This document shows positions 19,649 through 29,319 of a stretch of DNA of 64,000 bases, in pieces; the first letter of the stretch is position 1, and each line of letters begins with the position of its first letter. Position numbers and translations under genes: made by a program. This DNA comes from Sedimentisphaeraceae bacterium JB056 (GTDB lineage Bacteria > Planctomycetota > Phycisphaerae > Sedimentisphaerales > Sedimentisphaeraceae). The notes below the pieces were generated by a model that was given only the letters and a program-made list of their open reading frames with translations, searched no databases and had not been told where the DNA came from. The stretch lies in contig JBITAJ010000011.1 in the NCBI GenBank assembly GCA_044440125.1, forward strand, positions 32,001 through 96,000, written 5' to 3'.

Positions 19649-21106
19649 TCAGTATTTTTTTGAATTGGGATAAACTCTCTTCCAATCTCTCATGCCGAAA
19701 TCCCCTCTTCCAAGGCCGGTAAATTCTGGGACGACCTTATCAAGGTTGGCATCCACGATAGAAAGGGCAAGCTCTTTCTGAAGCAATGCATCAAGCCTTT
19801 CTTTCTGCCGGGCAAAAACCGGATTCAAAGCAAGATTATCCTGTTCGGCAGGGTCCTGCTTCAAATTGAACAGATGGGTGCTTCCGTTCCTGTAACGGCA
19901 GAGCTTCCACTCTTTGTCGGCTATCATAAAACCAAGGTCGCTGCAGCCGAATACGTATTCTCTACCTGCGGTGGCATTGCCACGGTCATCACATAGCCGT
20001 ATTGAATCGCAGCCGGTCACAGCCTCCAGACCGGCAAGGGTTAGAATAGTGGATGTTATATCGGTCAAGGAGACAAGCGAATCTACAGTTTGCGAACCGC
20101 TGCAAGAGGGGTGCTTTATCAACAACGGCACCCTCATGCTCGTCTCATAGAAATAATGCTTGCCCATAAGGTCATAGTCCCCAAGCAGATCGCCGTGGTC
20201 GGAAGCGAATATAATGACGGTATCCTTGAGCATATCACGCTTTTTGAGGCTTGAGATCATATTTCCGATCTGGTTGTCTATGATTTTTATCAATGTGCAG
20301 TAATGCGAGCGGAGACGGCGTTTGCAGTCTTCGGGAAAATCGCTGTAATCAAGTTGGCACCACTCGCCCTTAAAACCCTTGACGAAGAAGTCTTTGAACA
20401 CGCGGCTGTCGTCTGTGGCCGGGATGCTTGCCGGCATATCGGCTTCGTCAAATTCATTGGCAAAATCCGCGGGCGGATCATACGGACAGTGCGGCCCCGG
20501 GAAGCCCACCATCAATGCAAAGGGCTTTTCACTGTCGTAAGTATCGATAAACTCACACGCCTTGCCGCCGACCCAATTATCGATCTGATCGTCAAATTCA
20601 ACGCCCTGCGAGGCTCCCTTGTTCTCCGTATATCCGGGTTGTTCTACACCGTGGAGCCTTCTGAGACCCTTTGACTGGAGGTATTCGCTGTAGTCGTCCT
20701 GTATGTAGGTAAACCTTTTATCCTCGGCAATGATCCTATGCGTAAAGCCTTCGGAGGCATCCCACGGATAAAAATGCATCTTGCCTATGGCCTCTGTGTG
20801 ATAGCCGGCAGCGGCAAGCTTCTGCGGCCAGGTATCCACTCCGCATTCGCTGTGGTCGGGGCGAAGCCAGCAGTCGTTAAACATCACGCCGTTGCGGATG
20901 GCATTGCGGCCGGTCATCATCGCGGCTCTGGCAGGCACGCACAACGGATGGGGGCTCACGCAACGCTCGAAACGCAAGCCGTCTTCACAAATCGAATCGA
21001 TATTTGGAGTTTGTATAAAGTCCGCCCCGTAGCAGCTTAGGAAATCGGCCCTGAGCTGGTCGGGCAGGATAAACAGAATATTCTTTTTAGTCGTATTATC
21101 AATCAT
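19649..21106 (-). CDS. Cys-type sulfatase (S1), probably cytoplasmic
   Basis: NILFILPDQLR, CVPARAAMMTG, GKMH, PHCPY, SDHGD; no signal peptide. Confidence 0.93.
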   Translation of the reverse strand: MIDNTTKKNILFILPDQLRADFLSCYGADFIQTPNIDSICEDGLRFERCVSPHPLCVPARAAMMTGRNAIRNGVMFNDCWLRPDHSECGVDTWPQKLAAAGYHTEAIGKMHFYPWDASEGFTHRIIAEDKRFTYIQDDYSEYLQSKGLRRLHGVEQPGYTENKGASQGVEFDDQIDNWVGGKACEFIDTYDSEKPFALMVGFPGPHCPYDPPADFANEFDEADMPASIPATDDSRVFKDFFVKGFKGEWCQLDYSDFPEDCKRRLRSHYCTLIKIIDNQIGNMISSLKKRDMLKDTVIIFASDHGDLLGDYDLMGKHYFYETSMRVPLLIKHPSCSGSQTVDSLVSLTDITSTILTLAGLEAVTGCDSIRLCDDRGNATAGREYVFGCSDLGFMIADKEWKLCRYRNGSTHLFNLKQDPAEQDNLALNPVFARQKERLDALLQKELALSIVDANLDKVVPEFTGLGRGDFGMRDWKRVYPNSKKY

Positions 21107-21135
21107 TCAAATCTCTTTTTCCAGTTTCATTTATT

Positions 21136-23520
21136 CTATTTGACCTCGGCGGCTACCCTGAAGCCTATCCAGTTGGTCTTGCACCTCGGATAGCACTGGT
21201 TATTTCTCGATGCGCTCCTGAGATTGAAACCGTCCCCGTCGCCGTGGACATCGTCGATCCAGCTTCCGCCTTTAAGAGTCGTGCCCACCCGCATATTATC
21301 CTTGTCGGTCGCAGCTTTGGGGTCTATCTGTACGGTGCCGTCGTAATGGCCGTAATAGCTGCTCGTAAATTCCCATACGTTTCCGTGCATATCATAAAGA
21401 CCCCACGGATTGGGACACTTCTTACCGACCGGATGAGCGGAACCCTCGGCGTTTTTCTCGTACCAGGCATAATCGCTCAACCGGGAATTATCCGGGAAGC
21501 TGTACGGGGTTTGAGTACCGGCTCGGCAGGCATATTCCCACTGGGCCTCTGTCGGCAGGCTGTAGGTAATGCCCTCCTTATCTGAGAGCCACTCACAGAA
21601 GGCCCGGGCATCATCGATGTTTATGACGACAACGGGATGGTCTTCGCTCTGTTCGTATCCGGGGTTGCGCCAGTTCAGCTCGGCTATTTTTTCTTCTTTC
21701 TCCTGCTGTGAGAGCTTTGCGCGATTCCAGTTTGCGCTTACATTCTCGCCGCTCATAAATACGATCCAGTTTGAATTGTCTTCATCTTCCGCGGCGGTTT
21801 TATAACCGGTATCTTCCACAAACTCCCGGAACTGTGCCACGGTTACCTCGTGAATGCCGAGATAATACGGCTTGGTGATAAACACTTTGTGCGCGGGCGT
21901 TTCATCATAGCGTCCGTTATCGCTGCCCATAAAGAGCGAACCGGGTTCTATGAGAGTGAGCTTCATTCCTAAAGTGTTTACATAATCCTTCTCGGCGGGA
22001 ATATCAGCTTCATTCTGCGGTTTAACGTAATCTGCAAAATCATCGGTAACCGCCAGCCGCCAGCTCTTTCCGATATCCTCAGAGACCAGCATGGCATAGC
22101 CCTTCCTCTGGATGTTCGGGATCCTGACGCCGTTTATCTTATCATCGAGATCATCGGGCAGCTCAATATTCTCTTCGGGGAACATCTTCTGATATGCCCT
22201 GGCCTCATCGGGACGCAATTCCTGGTTTGAATACTGCGAATAGTTTATAAACAGGCGGCCGTAACGGTCTACATTGATCTTCTGATCCCAGTTGGCGTAA
22301 AGATTAGTGAACGGCTCGACCAGTATCTGCATCGGCTCCCATTCTTTGCCGGCAGGTTTTCTCTGATAGGCAAGATGCTGTTTAACACCCATGCCGCCCC
22401 ACCTGGAAACCAGATGCATATTATCATCATAATCGATGAGAAAGGCCGGATATGTATAATTCCTCTCGCCAAGAAGACGCTTCTGAACGCCTATTTCGAC
22501 CGGATTGGTCCATTTGTGAATATCCAAAGGCACGACGGAACGCATATATTTAAATGGCTCGTGATGGCTGCCGAGCAGAACGTGCAGATAACCCTTACTA
22601 TCAAGCTGAATAGCCGGCCAATTATGGATATCGATATATTCTCCGCCCAAACCAAGGAAAACCGGCTCGGAAACCTCACCGGTGCGGTGGTCGTAAACCC
22701 GTGCGAATGTCGAAGTCCCCTTCGTTTCATTACGTTTGGAGTAAGCAACATCTATGTAAGTAATATACGTCTTTTCACCTTTTGTTACCGTCGTATTGGT
22801 ATCGCCTGAATGAAAGGCATAAACCGCCCCCGAATCGCAAAGCTTTATCGGGTCGCGAAAAAAAATATCGCCTTTATCATCAAACTTGGGAACGATAAAC
22901 CATGAGGCATCGAGACCTTTTCTGACAAAACCGTAATTCTCGGTGGCAAGTATTGTCGGCGGGCCCGTTATTTCATTGAACACATCATTATGTTCAATGC
23001 TTACAAACCTGGGATTCATGGGTATCTCATAGCATTTCCAACTGCGACAATAATCATCGGATACCATATAAAGCGACTTGGTCATATTAGAACTGTTGGT
23101 ACCCGATGCCTGAATACTGATGAACATATAGGCCCTGCCGGCAGTATCGAAAACTATCGGCTCATCAACGCCTTCATTTATCAGATTTGTCATAGTTACA
23201 AAGTTGCCGTCCCATTTCGGGTAGGCCCTCTTGATTGAATCAGTGAAATCGAGTTTCAGCCATTCGCCGTTGTCATCGAGCGTCTGAACGTATTTATGCC
23301 TTCTTATATAGGGGCGGTTACGTTCATCGAAGGTTACCGTATTAGGCATAAAAGCGGGTTCATACCCGAAAAGCTCTTTTTCGAGCTGCCAGTATTTCTG
23401 ATGCACTATGGGGGTGTAAACATCTTTTGAGCATCTTCCGCTGATCTCGGAAGAAAAAACGGCAGACACTAAAAAGGCCAGACAGATCACATATTTAGTC
23501 ATAATTTTCCTTAAATTCAA
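21136..23520 (-). CDS. Secreted BNR-4-like beta-propeller (PL24/PL25-like motifs) fused to an FGE-sulfatase (SUMF1-like) domain
   Basis: Signal peptide; DIHNWPAI..GSHHEP and TYPAF..SR; C-terminal NTLGMKL..HEVTVAQF..HPVV..LPTEAQWEYACRAG..NPWGLYDMHGNVWE..GFR. Confidence 0.8.
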   Translation of the reverse strand: MNLRKIMTKYVICLAFLVSAVFSSEISGRCSKDVYTPIVHQKYWQLEKELFGYEPAFMPNTVTFDERNRPYIRRHKYVQTLDDNGEWLKLDFTDSIKRAYPKWDGNFVTMTNLINEGVDEPIVFDTAGRAYMFISIQASGTNSSNMTKSLYMVSDDYCRSWKCYEIPMNPRFVSIEHNDVFNEITGPPTILATENYGFVRKGLDASWFIVPKFDDKGDIFFRDPIKLCDSGAVYAFHSGDTNTTVTKGEKTYITYIDVAYSKRNETKGTSTFARVYDHRTGEVSEPVFLGLGGEYIDIHNWPAIQLDSKGYLHVLLGSHHEPFKYMRSVVPLDIHKWTNPVEIGVQKRLLGERNYTYPAFLIDYDDNMHLVSRWGGMGVKQHLAYQRKPAGKEWEPMQILVEPFTNLYANWDQKINVDRYGRLFINYSQYSNQELRPDEARAYQKMFPEENIELPDDLDDKINGVRIPNIQRKGYAMLVSEDIGKSWRLAVTDDFADYVKPQNEADIPAEKDYVNTLGMKLTLIEPGSLFMGSDNGRYDETPAHKVFITKPYYLGIHEVTVAQFREFVEDTGYKTAAEDEDNSNWIVFMSGENVSANWNRAKLSQQEKEEKIAELNWRNPGYEQSEDHPVVVINIDDARAFCEWLSDKEGITYSLPTEAQWEYACRAGTQTPYSFPDNSRLSDYAWYEKNAEGSAHPVGKKCPNPWGLYDMHGNVWEFTSSYYGHYDGTVQIDPKAATDKDNMRVGTTLKGGSWIDDVHGDGDGFNLRSASRNNQCYPRCKTNWIGFRVAAEVK

Positions 23521-23552
23521 TTATTAGTCTCAAGCTGTATTTTCAAAGAGGG

Positions 23553-24986
23553 CTACTTCACACTCTCAAGATAATCGAGGAGTATCTTTTTAAGCTCGGC
23601 CGTCTTCTGCGGCATCTTTTCACTCAAGTCATTTTCTTCACCGATATCTTTGCTAAGGTCGTAAAGCTCGGTTCGTTTCAAATCGCCCTCTCTCGTCCAG
23701 AACAGCATAAGCTTGTAATTGCCCTGCCTGTATGCCGACTGCCCTTCAACGGTATCTCTGGCAGGCTTGGGCCTATGGAAAACCAAACCGTCGTTGGGTC
23801 GCTTGAATTCGTCAGTAAAATCTCCGGCAAGCAACGGACACAAGCTGATACCGTCAAGCTTCTGGGGTATCTGTTTTATGCCGCCGGTTATCTCATAGAA
23901 AGTCGGCAGCAGATCGTATCCGGCAACAGGAACCCTGCACAAGCCGCCTTTCTCAACTCCCGGTCCCTTGACTGCGAACGGCACGCGTATGCCGCCCTCG
24001 TAAAGATTCTGCTTATGCATCCTCAACGGATGATTTCTGTTTTTTTCGGGTGCATTCTGGTACCATATCTCCCAATGTTCACCGCCGTTATCGGAAGTGA
24101 AAAATATGTAGGTATTGTAGTCAATGCCGAGTTTTTCCACCTCATCAAGCAGCCTGCCGACATTCTCATCAAGTTCATCGATCATCGGGGCGATGCTTTT
24201 TATCACCTTCCTATCGGGCTGAGGTGCGTCTTTATACTCGTCAATAGTTTCCTGAGTGGCCCGGGAAGCGAGATGGATAGCATGATAGCTTACCTGCAAA
24301 TAAAACGGGTTGCCCTGCTTTGTTTGGCGGCGCATGAAATCTATCGATTTATCCGTCATGGAAAAGGTACGCTTGGGATCGGCGAAAGGCTCGCATTCAA
24401 GATTGATGTTCCACCTGCCGACGTCCCATTCCCTGAGATAGAAGCCGCCCTCATTGACACCTTCCATACCATCGCTCTCATCATAGCCCAGATGTGATGG
24501 ACTACCCGGAAGCTGGCTTTGCCTGTCTTTCCAAGTACCTGTTATAACCCCGCCCCACTTACCAAAATGAGCACATTTATAAGATGGGTCGGCTTGTTTG
24601 ATCGCCTGTGCAATCGACCATTTTCCGCTGGGGTCAAAAGCACCCTGAAATTCAGGAGCTTTTTGCCTTGCCGGAGTCATGCCAAACTGAATGCTTCGCC
24701 TTGTAGGAGTGCATATGGGAGCCGGAGCATAGGCATCGGTAAATCTCAAAGCTGATTTAGAGAATTTATTCATATTCGGAGTTTTGAAAGCCTTACAACA
24801 TGCTTCAGGAAATTGAGGGTCGAAAGGTATTGAAAGGTCTGCCCAACCCTGATCGTCGGTAAGTATAAATATAATATTGGGCTTTTTGTTTTTATCATCA
24901 TGTAAATCGAGAGACCGGCATCCGCCCAGCATTGCCGCCGCGGCAGAGGCCCCTGCCATTTTCAAAAAAGATCTTCTGCTTGTCAT
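23553..24986 (-). CDS. Cys-type sulfatase (S1), Tat-exported lipoprotein
   Basis: SRRSFLK..LGGC signal; PNIIFILTDDQGW, CTPTR, GKWG, SDNGG, LYEGGIRVP. Confidence 0.93.
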   Translation of the reverse strand: MTSRRSFLKMAGASAAAAMLGGCRSLDLHDDKNKKPNIIFILTDDQGWADLSIPFDPQFPEACCKAFKTPNMNKFSKSALRFTDAYAPAPICTPTRRSIQFGMTPARQKAPEFQGAFDPSGKWSIAQAIKQADPSYKCAHFGKWGGVITGTWKDRQSQLPGSPSHLGYDESDGMEGVNEGGFYLREWDVGRWNINLECEPFADPKRTFSMTDKSIDFMRRQTKQGNPFYLQVSYHAIHLASRATQETIDEYKDAPQPDRKVIKSIAPMIDELDENVGRLLDEVEKLGIDYNTYIFFTSDNGGEHWEIWYQNAPEKNRNHPLRMHKQNLYEGGIRVPFAVKGPGVEKGGLCRVPVAGYDLLPTFYEITGGIKQIPQKLDGISLCPLLAGDFTDEFKRPNDGLVFHRPKPARDTVEGQSAYRQGNYKLMLFWTREGDLKRTELYDLSKDIGEENDLSEKMPQKTAELKKILLDYLESVK

Positions 24987-25029
24987 AAATTACCTTTTAT
25001 AAATTACATTCTCATCAATACTGTTAAAA

Positions 25030-26463
25030 TCAGTACGCGGTAAGCCAGTTTTGTGCAAAAAGCTTCATATCCTCAAGAGATACAACCCGGTCGAGATTTA
25101 TATCGGCTGCAAGCGGAGGATAAGACACCGACAAATTTCCGCTTCCAAGCACGATATTATCAATTCTGCCGTTGTGCGAAACGTCGATATAAAATTTCTC
25201 CCATTTGGACGGATTGTTCGATGAGGTGAAAGCGAGATCAACATTCTGCAATCCGGGAACCATCGAATAAGATGTTTCACCATTGGTCAAGTCCTTGATA
25301 AACAACGAGCCGGTATAGCTCTGGGTATCCATCTGGAGCCTTAACCTATACTGATGATTTCCCGCGACCGTATAGGAGTCGTCTGTGAGCACGGTTCCTC
25401 CGCCGGCTTTAGTAACGGCGCACTGCCACGAAGAGCTGTCGGCAGAGGGAGTAAAGCCGACATAAACACCGGCAAAAAACTTGGCCCAGAAACCGGCCCA
25501 TATATCATAACAACTGCCGGCATATTTTATCGGGGTTATATCAGCGGACATATACACATACCGATCCGAAGAAGCCAGGTTGTTTCCGGTGAAGTTCTTG
25601 CGATACTTCCCGGCAGGATTGCCGTATATTACAGAGGCCGCCTTGACGCCGGTCTCAAACTGCTCTATAAGTACATCTGAAGTAACCGAACCGTAAATAC
25701 TGTACCAACCGGCTGAGCTTATATCATCACCCAGCAGAGCACTCTCGAAGTCTTCTTCTGCGGCAAGCTTCAGCTGCCATTGGTCGGCTAACACGGAAAG
25801 ATCAACAAGATCATTGGAACGATCCCTGTTTATATCGTGCGGCGGAACATCCAGAAGCTGCATATCGTCGAGATAAAGAACAGTATAAGGATTCGGCCGG
25901 GCATAAAACAATTTAGCATAAAAGCCTACGCCGTCGATCTTGCCCAACCCGGCCGGGGTCTCGTATTCGTTGAAAGAAGTCAAAGGCATATCCAATCTTT
26001 TCCAGCCCTGCCAGTCGATCTTCAATGCCTTGTAATAGAAATCCTTCCAGTCGGTCTGCGGGCTATCGGAATGAAGAACGAGGTATATTTTCTGATTCGT
26101 TATCTCTTTTGAATATACCCAGAAAGCTATTGTATTGTAGCCGCTCCAGTCATGGTCTATATTCACTGTCGATAAAGACGGAAATTCATTAATCTGCGAC
26201 CATTTAAGACTGTACTGCCCCTGCTTAACATATTCATCGCTAAGCTCAGCGGCATTGCGGAGCCGGGAATACGAACCCGATTCAACACGCTCGCAGCGGA
26301 GCTCGGAGAGAACGAATTGGGACAGGTCCGCCTCAGTTACCCAGATATTCTGCGCGCTCTCAAAACCCATTACGTCCTGAGTTGAAACGGCAAAACAGCA
26401 TACGCTGAGAGAGAGAACCGTCAGCACGGCAAATCTACAATATGTATTTTTATTCATCTTCAT
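25030..26463 (-). CDS. Secreted protein: CBM11/lyase-N-like domain + split dockerin-like repeats enclosing an 'EDF' repeat domain
   Basis: Signal peptide; YVKQGQYSLKW..DWSGY..IDWQGWK..LYLDDM; DINRDRSNDLVDLSVLADQW ... ADINLDRVVSLEDMKLFAQNWL. Confidence 0.72.
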   Translation of the reverse strand: MKMNKNTYCRFAVLTVLSLSVCCFAVSTQDVMGFESAQNIWVTEADLSQFVLSELRCERVESGSYSRLRNAAELSDEYVKQGQYSLKWSQINEFPSLSTVNIDHDWSGYNTIAFWVYSKEITNQKIYLVLHSDSPQTDWKDFYYKALKIDWQGWKRLDMPLTSFNEYETPAGLGKIDGVGFYAKLFYARPNPYTVLYLDDMQLLDVPPHDINRDRSNDLVDLSVLADQWQLKLAAEEDFESALLGDDISSAGWYSIYGSVTSDVLIEQFETGVKAASVIYGNPAGKYRKNFTGNNLASSDRYVYMSADITPIKYAGSCYDIWAGFWAKFFAGVYVGFTPSADSSSWQCAVTKAGGGTVLTDDSYTVAGNHQYRLRLQMDTQSYTGSLFIKDLTNGETSYSMVPGLQNVDLAFTSSNNPSKWEKFYIDVSHNGRIDNIVLGSGNLSVSYPPLAADINLDRVVSLEDMKLFAQNWLTAY

Positions 26464-26499
26464 TAGTTGATAACCCTGTAAAAAGCACGGTCGGTAAGA

Positions 26500-29319
26500 T
26501 CAGTTGTCAAAATCAGGCGTAAGAGCCATTCTCCAACTGTCCCCGCCGTCATCGGTTAGTATTATAGACATCTCAGAAGGCTGAGGATTATAGAATTCGT
26601 ACTGTTTGGTCGTACTCGCGGCGGTTCCCACAGGTATGCTGCCATTTTCAACATCGAATTCCTTCTCAGTATTGAGCCACGTATTAATATAAGACATATA
26701 TTCATCTTTGAAAACACAAATCTGAGGGGATTGCGAATAATATGTCAGGAAAAGCCTGTCCATTGCCGGATCGTAGGCGACTCTGTGCCTCCAAACCTTG
26801 TAATAGGCCTTGTAAGGTATCAACAGATGCTCATCACTTTCCCAGCTCTGGCCGGCCTTTTTACGGTGCATTGTCAGGCGGAAATAATAACCGGGGTTGG
26901 AGCATCTGGTTATTACATAGATCGTATCGTTGCTGTCGCAGTTGATCGAACAATATGTAGTTCCTTCACTGATCGAAGCCGGAGTGCTCCAATTGGATAT
27001 ATTATATGCCTGAGTTGAATAGAGGTATTTGAACGGATTATGGTGAGCCCCTATTACAACATGGAAAATCCCGCTGCTGTCGACAGTTATCGCCGGGAAG
27101 TTGTGGTTATCCTGCGAATTGATGCCGCCAAAGCCTATATGGACCGGGGACCCAAGCTGTTTTGTAGCAATATCATACTCAACCGCAAAAGAAGGTACGC
27201 CGTCATCCTGAGTATATCCGGGGAGGGTAACCATTCTGGCGTATACGATATATACTTTTCCGTTGGCGGTTATTGCCGCGTTGCCGTCACCTGAATGATA
27301 CATAAAACCGATGCAGTCGGTATCTATCTGGACGGGTGTGGGGATAACAAGGCTGCCGTCAACCTGAGTTTCAGGAATAGTGATATAGTTGGTACAGGGG
27401 CTGTAGCCGCTGGAGAGTAAAATTACAGGCGGCCTGTTGAGGCAATCCTCATTGTGGCCATCCCTTTTCTCAAACCTGGCGAAAGGATACGGAAGCTGAT
27501 AGGCACTCCAGCTCTGCATATTATCATTGGAATGAAGCAGCAGGCCTACGTAAGTATTCGTGTCGTTCTGACGTGTGGCCAGGAAATGACTGAGCATATA
27601 GGCATCACCGTCCGCATCGAACCTTATCACCGGATCATTAGCCGAACCGGTATTCCTCATTTCGTAAGTTTTGAAGTTGAGGGTATTGAGCATATAACTT
27701 TCGATAGTATCATTCAGATCGTCATACTGCCACTGACCGTCATCAACATCCTGGATTATCGCAGAGCCGTATTGCATATATGCTTTGCCGTCCTCATTGA
27801 AGCTCACATAAGCCGGCTGGAAACGAGGATAATAATCGAGCAGAGCTCTTTCGGCCTTGAAATACGGTTGGTAGGTGATCGGAGTGTCAATATCGACGCC
27901 GGGTGTTATGTCCCTTACAAAAACAGAACCCTTGCCGCCGGTTGAGATGTCGGTGATCTTCACGATAAACTCGTAAGTATGGAGCCTCAATATCGCATAC
28001 TCACCGTTGCTTGTAGTCAGGGTACCATGATTGGCGTTCTGAAGCTTGATATCGCCCCCGGGCATAATATCCACATAGAAACCGGGCCGTACTTCACTGA
28101 AAAAGCCGAATTTCATATTCTGATTGTTAGGCGTAACAACGAATTTCGCATATATTTCATCGTCAGAATCGGTGATCGTATTAGTAAAATCTTTCTTTGC
28201 CTGCAGATAACCGCTGATAACTTTTGCACTTTTCCCATATTCGGTCATGTACGCGTCATCGTAAATAAGGTTATCAATATCCGTGCTGTTGATGGCATAC
28301 CAGCCGCCAGTGGAAAGACTGTCATCTGCAGTTCCTTCTTCAAAATCCGCTGACACGACTTTTTCCGGCATTGTTCCTTCACAAAGTTCTATATAGTCAA
28401 AATAACCGTTGTACTGCCCGCGAACATATAAAGCATCAAAAGTTGACGGCTTTACATAAGTTGCAGTGTTGAGAAAGTTAAGCGAAACATCCTGAAGACC
28501 GGTAAGAGCGGTATACTGACTCTCACCGTCGGTAATATTTCGAACCTTTACCCAACCTTTACCGCCGTTGGATATATTTGTAAACTCCACAACGAACTCA
28601 TAACACTTGTAATCTGATATAGTATAGTTGTGCGTGCTTGTGTATTCAGTTCCATAATTCGCTGCTTTAAGCTTTATTTCTCCTCCTGAAACAACTGAAT
28701 CAGGATTAATATTAAGATAAAAACCCGGACGAGTTTCGCCAAAAAAACCAAATCTCATATTCTGGTAACCAAATGTAACAATGAATCTGGCGTAAAATTC
28801 CGGGGTTGAATCTGTAATAGAATGGTCAAATATTTTCTTGGCCTGAAGATAACTGGTAGTAACCTTTCCGCTTCTGCCAAAATCACTGTTTGGAGAATCG
28901 GCAACAATAAAATTATCTATATCGGTCTGGTACAAAGCTTCCCAGCCGCTGCAATCCTGAGAATAACCATCACCGCCATTCTCAAAATCTTCTTTCACGA
29001 TAACGTTCTGAACAGAGCCTATCCCCAATTCAACATAATCGAACCAGCCGTTATACTGGCCTCTTAAGAATATTGACTCAAAATTGGAAGGCTTTGAAAA
29101 ATCAGTAACATCGGAAAAGTTCATCGAGATATCCTGAAGAGATGCGATGGGCGTATACTCGATTTCCGGGGAACATATCTCCGGGAAGCCGTGATTAATT
29201 ACGCCCGAATCAAAAGGCAGCACAGTTTCGGTATAGGCCGCCGCGAAGGATACGGACAAAACAGATAAGATCAAAAACATTTTCGTAATATTCAACATTT
29301 TTTGCTCCTTAAAAATCAT
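26500..29319 (-). CDS. Secreted BNR-4-like beta-propeller (PL24/PL25-like motifs) with an inserted pair of 'EDF' repeat domains
   Basis: The C-terminal ~465 aa are a close paralog of 29981..31516. The ~420-aa insert is homologous to the repeats of 41191..44007. Alternative start at 29298 (AAGGAG SD). Confidence 0.8.
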   Translation of the reverse strand: MIFKEQKMLNITKMFLILSVLSVSFAAAYTETVLPFDSGVINHGFPEICSPEIEYTPIASLQDISMNFSDVTDFSKPSNFESIFLRGQYNGWFDYVELGIGSVQNVIVKEDFENGGDGYSQDCSGWEALYQTDIDNFIVADSPNSDFGRSGKVTTSYLQAKKIFDHSITDSTPEFYARFIVTFGYQNMRFGFFGETRPGFYLNINPDSVVSGGEIKLKAANYGTEYTSTHNYTISDYKCYEFVVEFTNISNGGKGWVKVRNITDGESQYTALTGLQDVSLNFLNTATYVKPSTFDALYVRGQYNGYFDYIELCEGTMPEKVVSADFEEGTADDSLSTGGWYAINSTDIDNLIYDDAYMTEYGKSAKVISGYLQAKKDFTNTITDSDDEIYAKFVVTPNNQNMKFGFFSEVRPGFYVDIMPGGDIKLQNANHGTLTTSNGEYAILRLHTYEFIVKITDISTGGKGSVFVRDITPGVDIDTPITYQPYFKAERALLDYYPRFQPAYVSFNEDGKAYMQYGSAIIQDVDDGQWQYDDLNDTIESYMLNTLNFKTYEMRNTGSANDPVIRFDADGDAYMLSHFLATRQNDTNTYVGLLLHSNDNMQSWSAYQLPYPFARFEKRDGHNEDCLNRPPVILLSSGYSPCTNYITIPETQVDGSLVIPTPVQIDTDCIGFMYHSGDGNAAITANGKVYIVYARMVTLPGYTQDDGVPSFAVEYDIATKQLGSPVHIGFGGINSQDNHNFPAITVDSSGIFHVVIGAHHNPFKYLYSTQAYNISNWSTPASISEGTTYCSINCDSNDTIYVITRCSNPGYYFRLTMHRKKAGQSWESDEHLLIPYKAYYKVWRHRVAYDPAMDRLFLTYYSQSPQICVFKDEYMSYINTWLNTEKEFDVENGSIPVGTAASTTKQYEFYNPQPSEMSIILTDDGGDSWRMALTPDFDN

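Noticed and set aside
21136..22000. Formylglycine-generating enzyme for the sulfatases
   Set aside because: The catalytic Cys pair is absent and the domain is fused to a secreted propeller.
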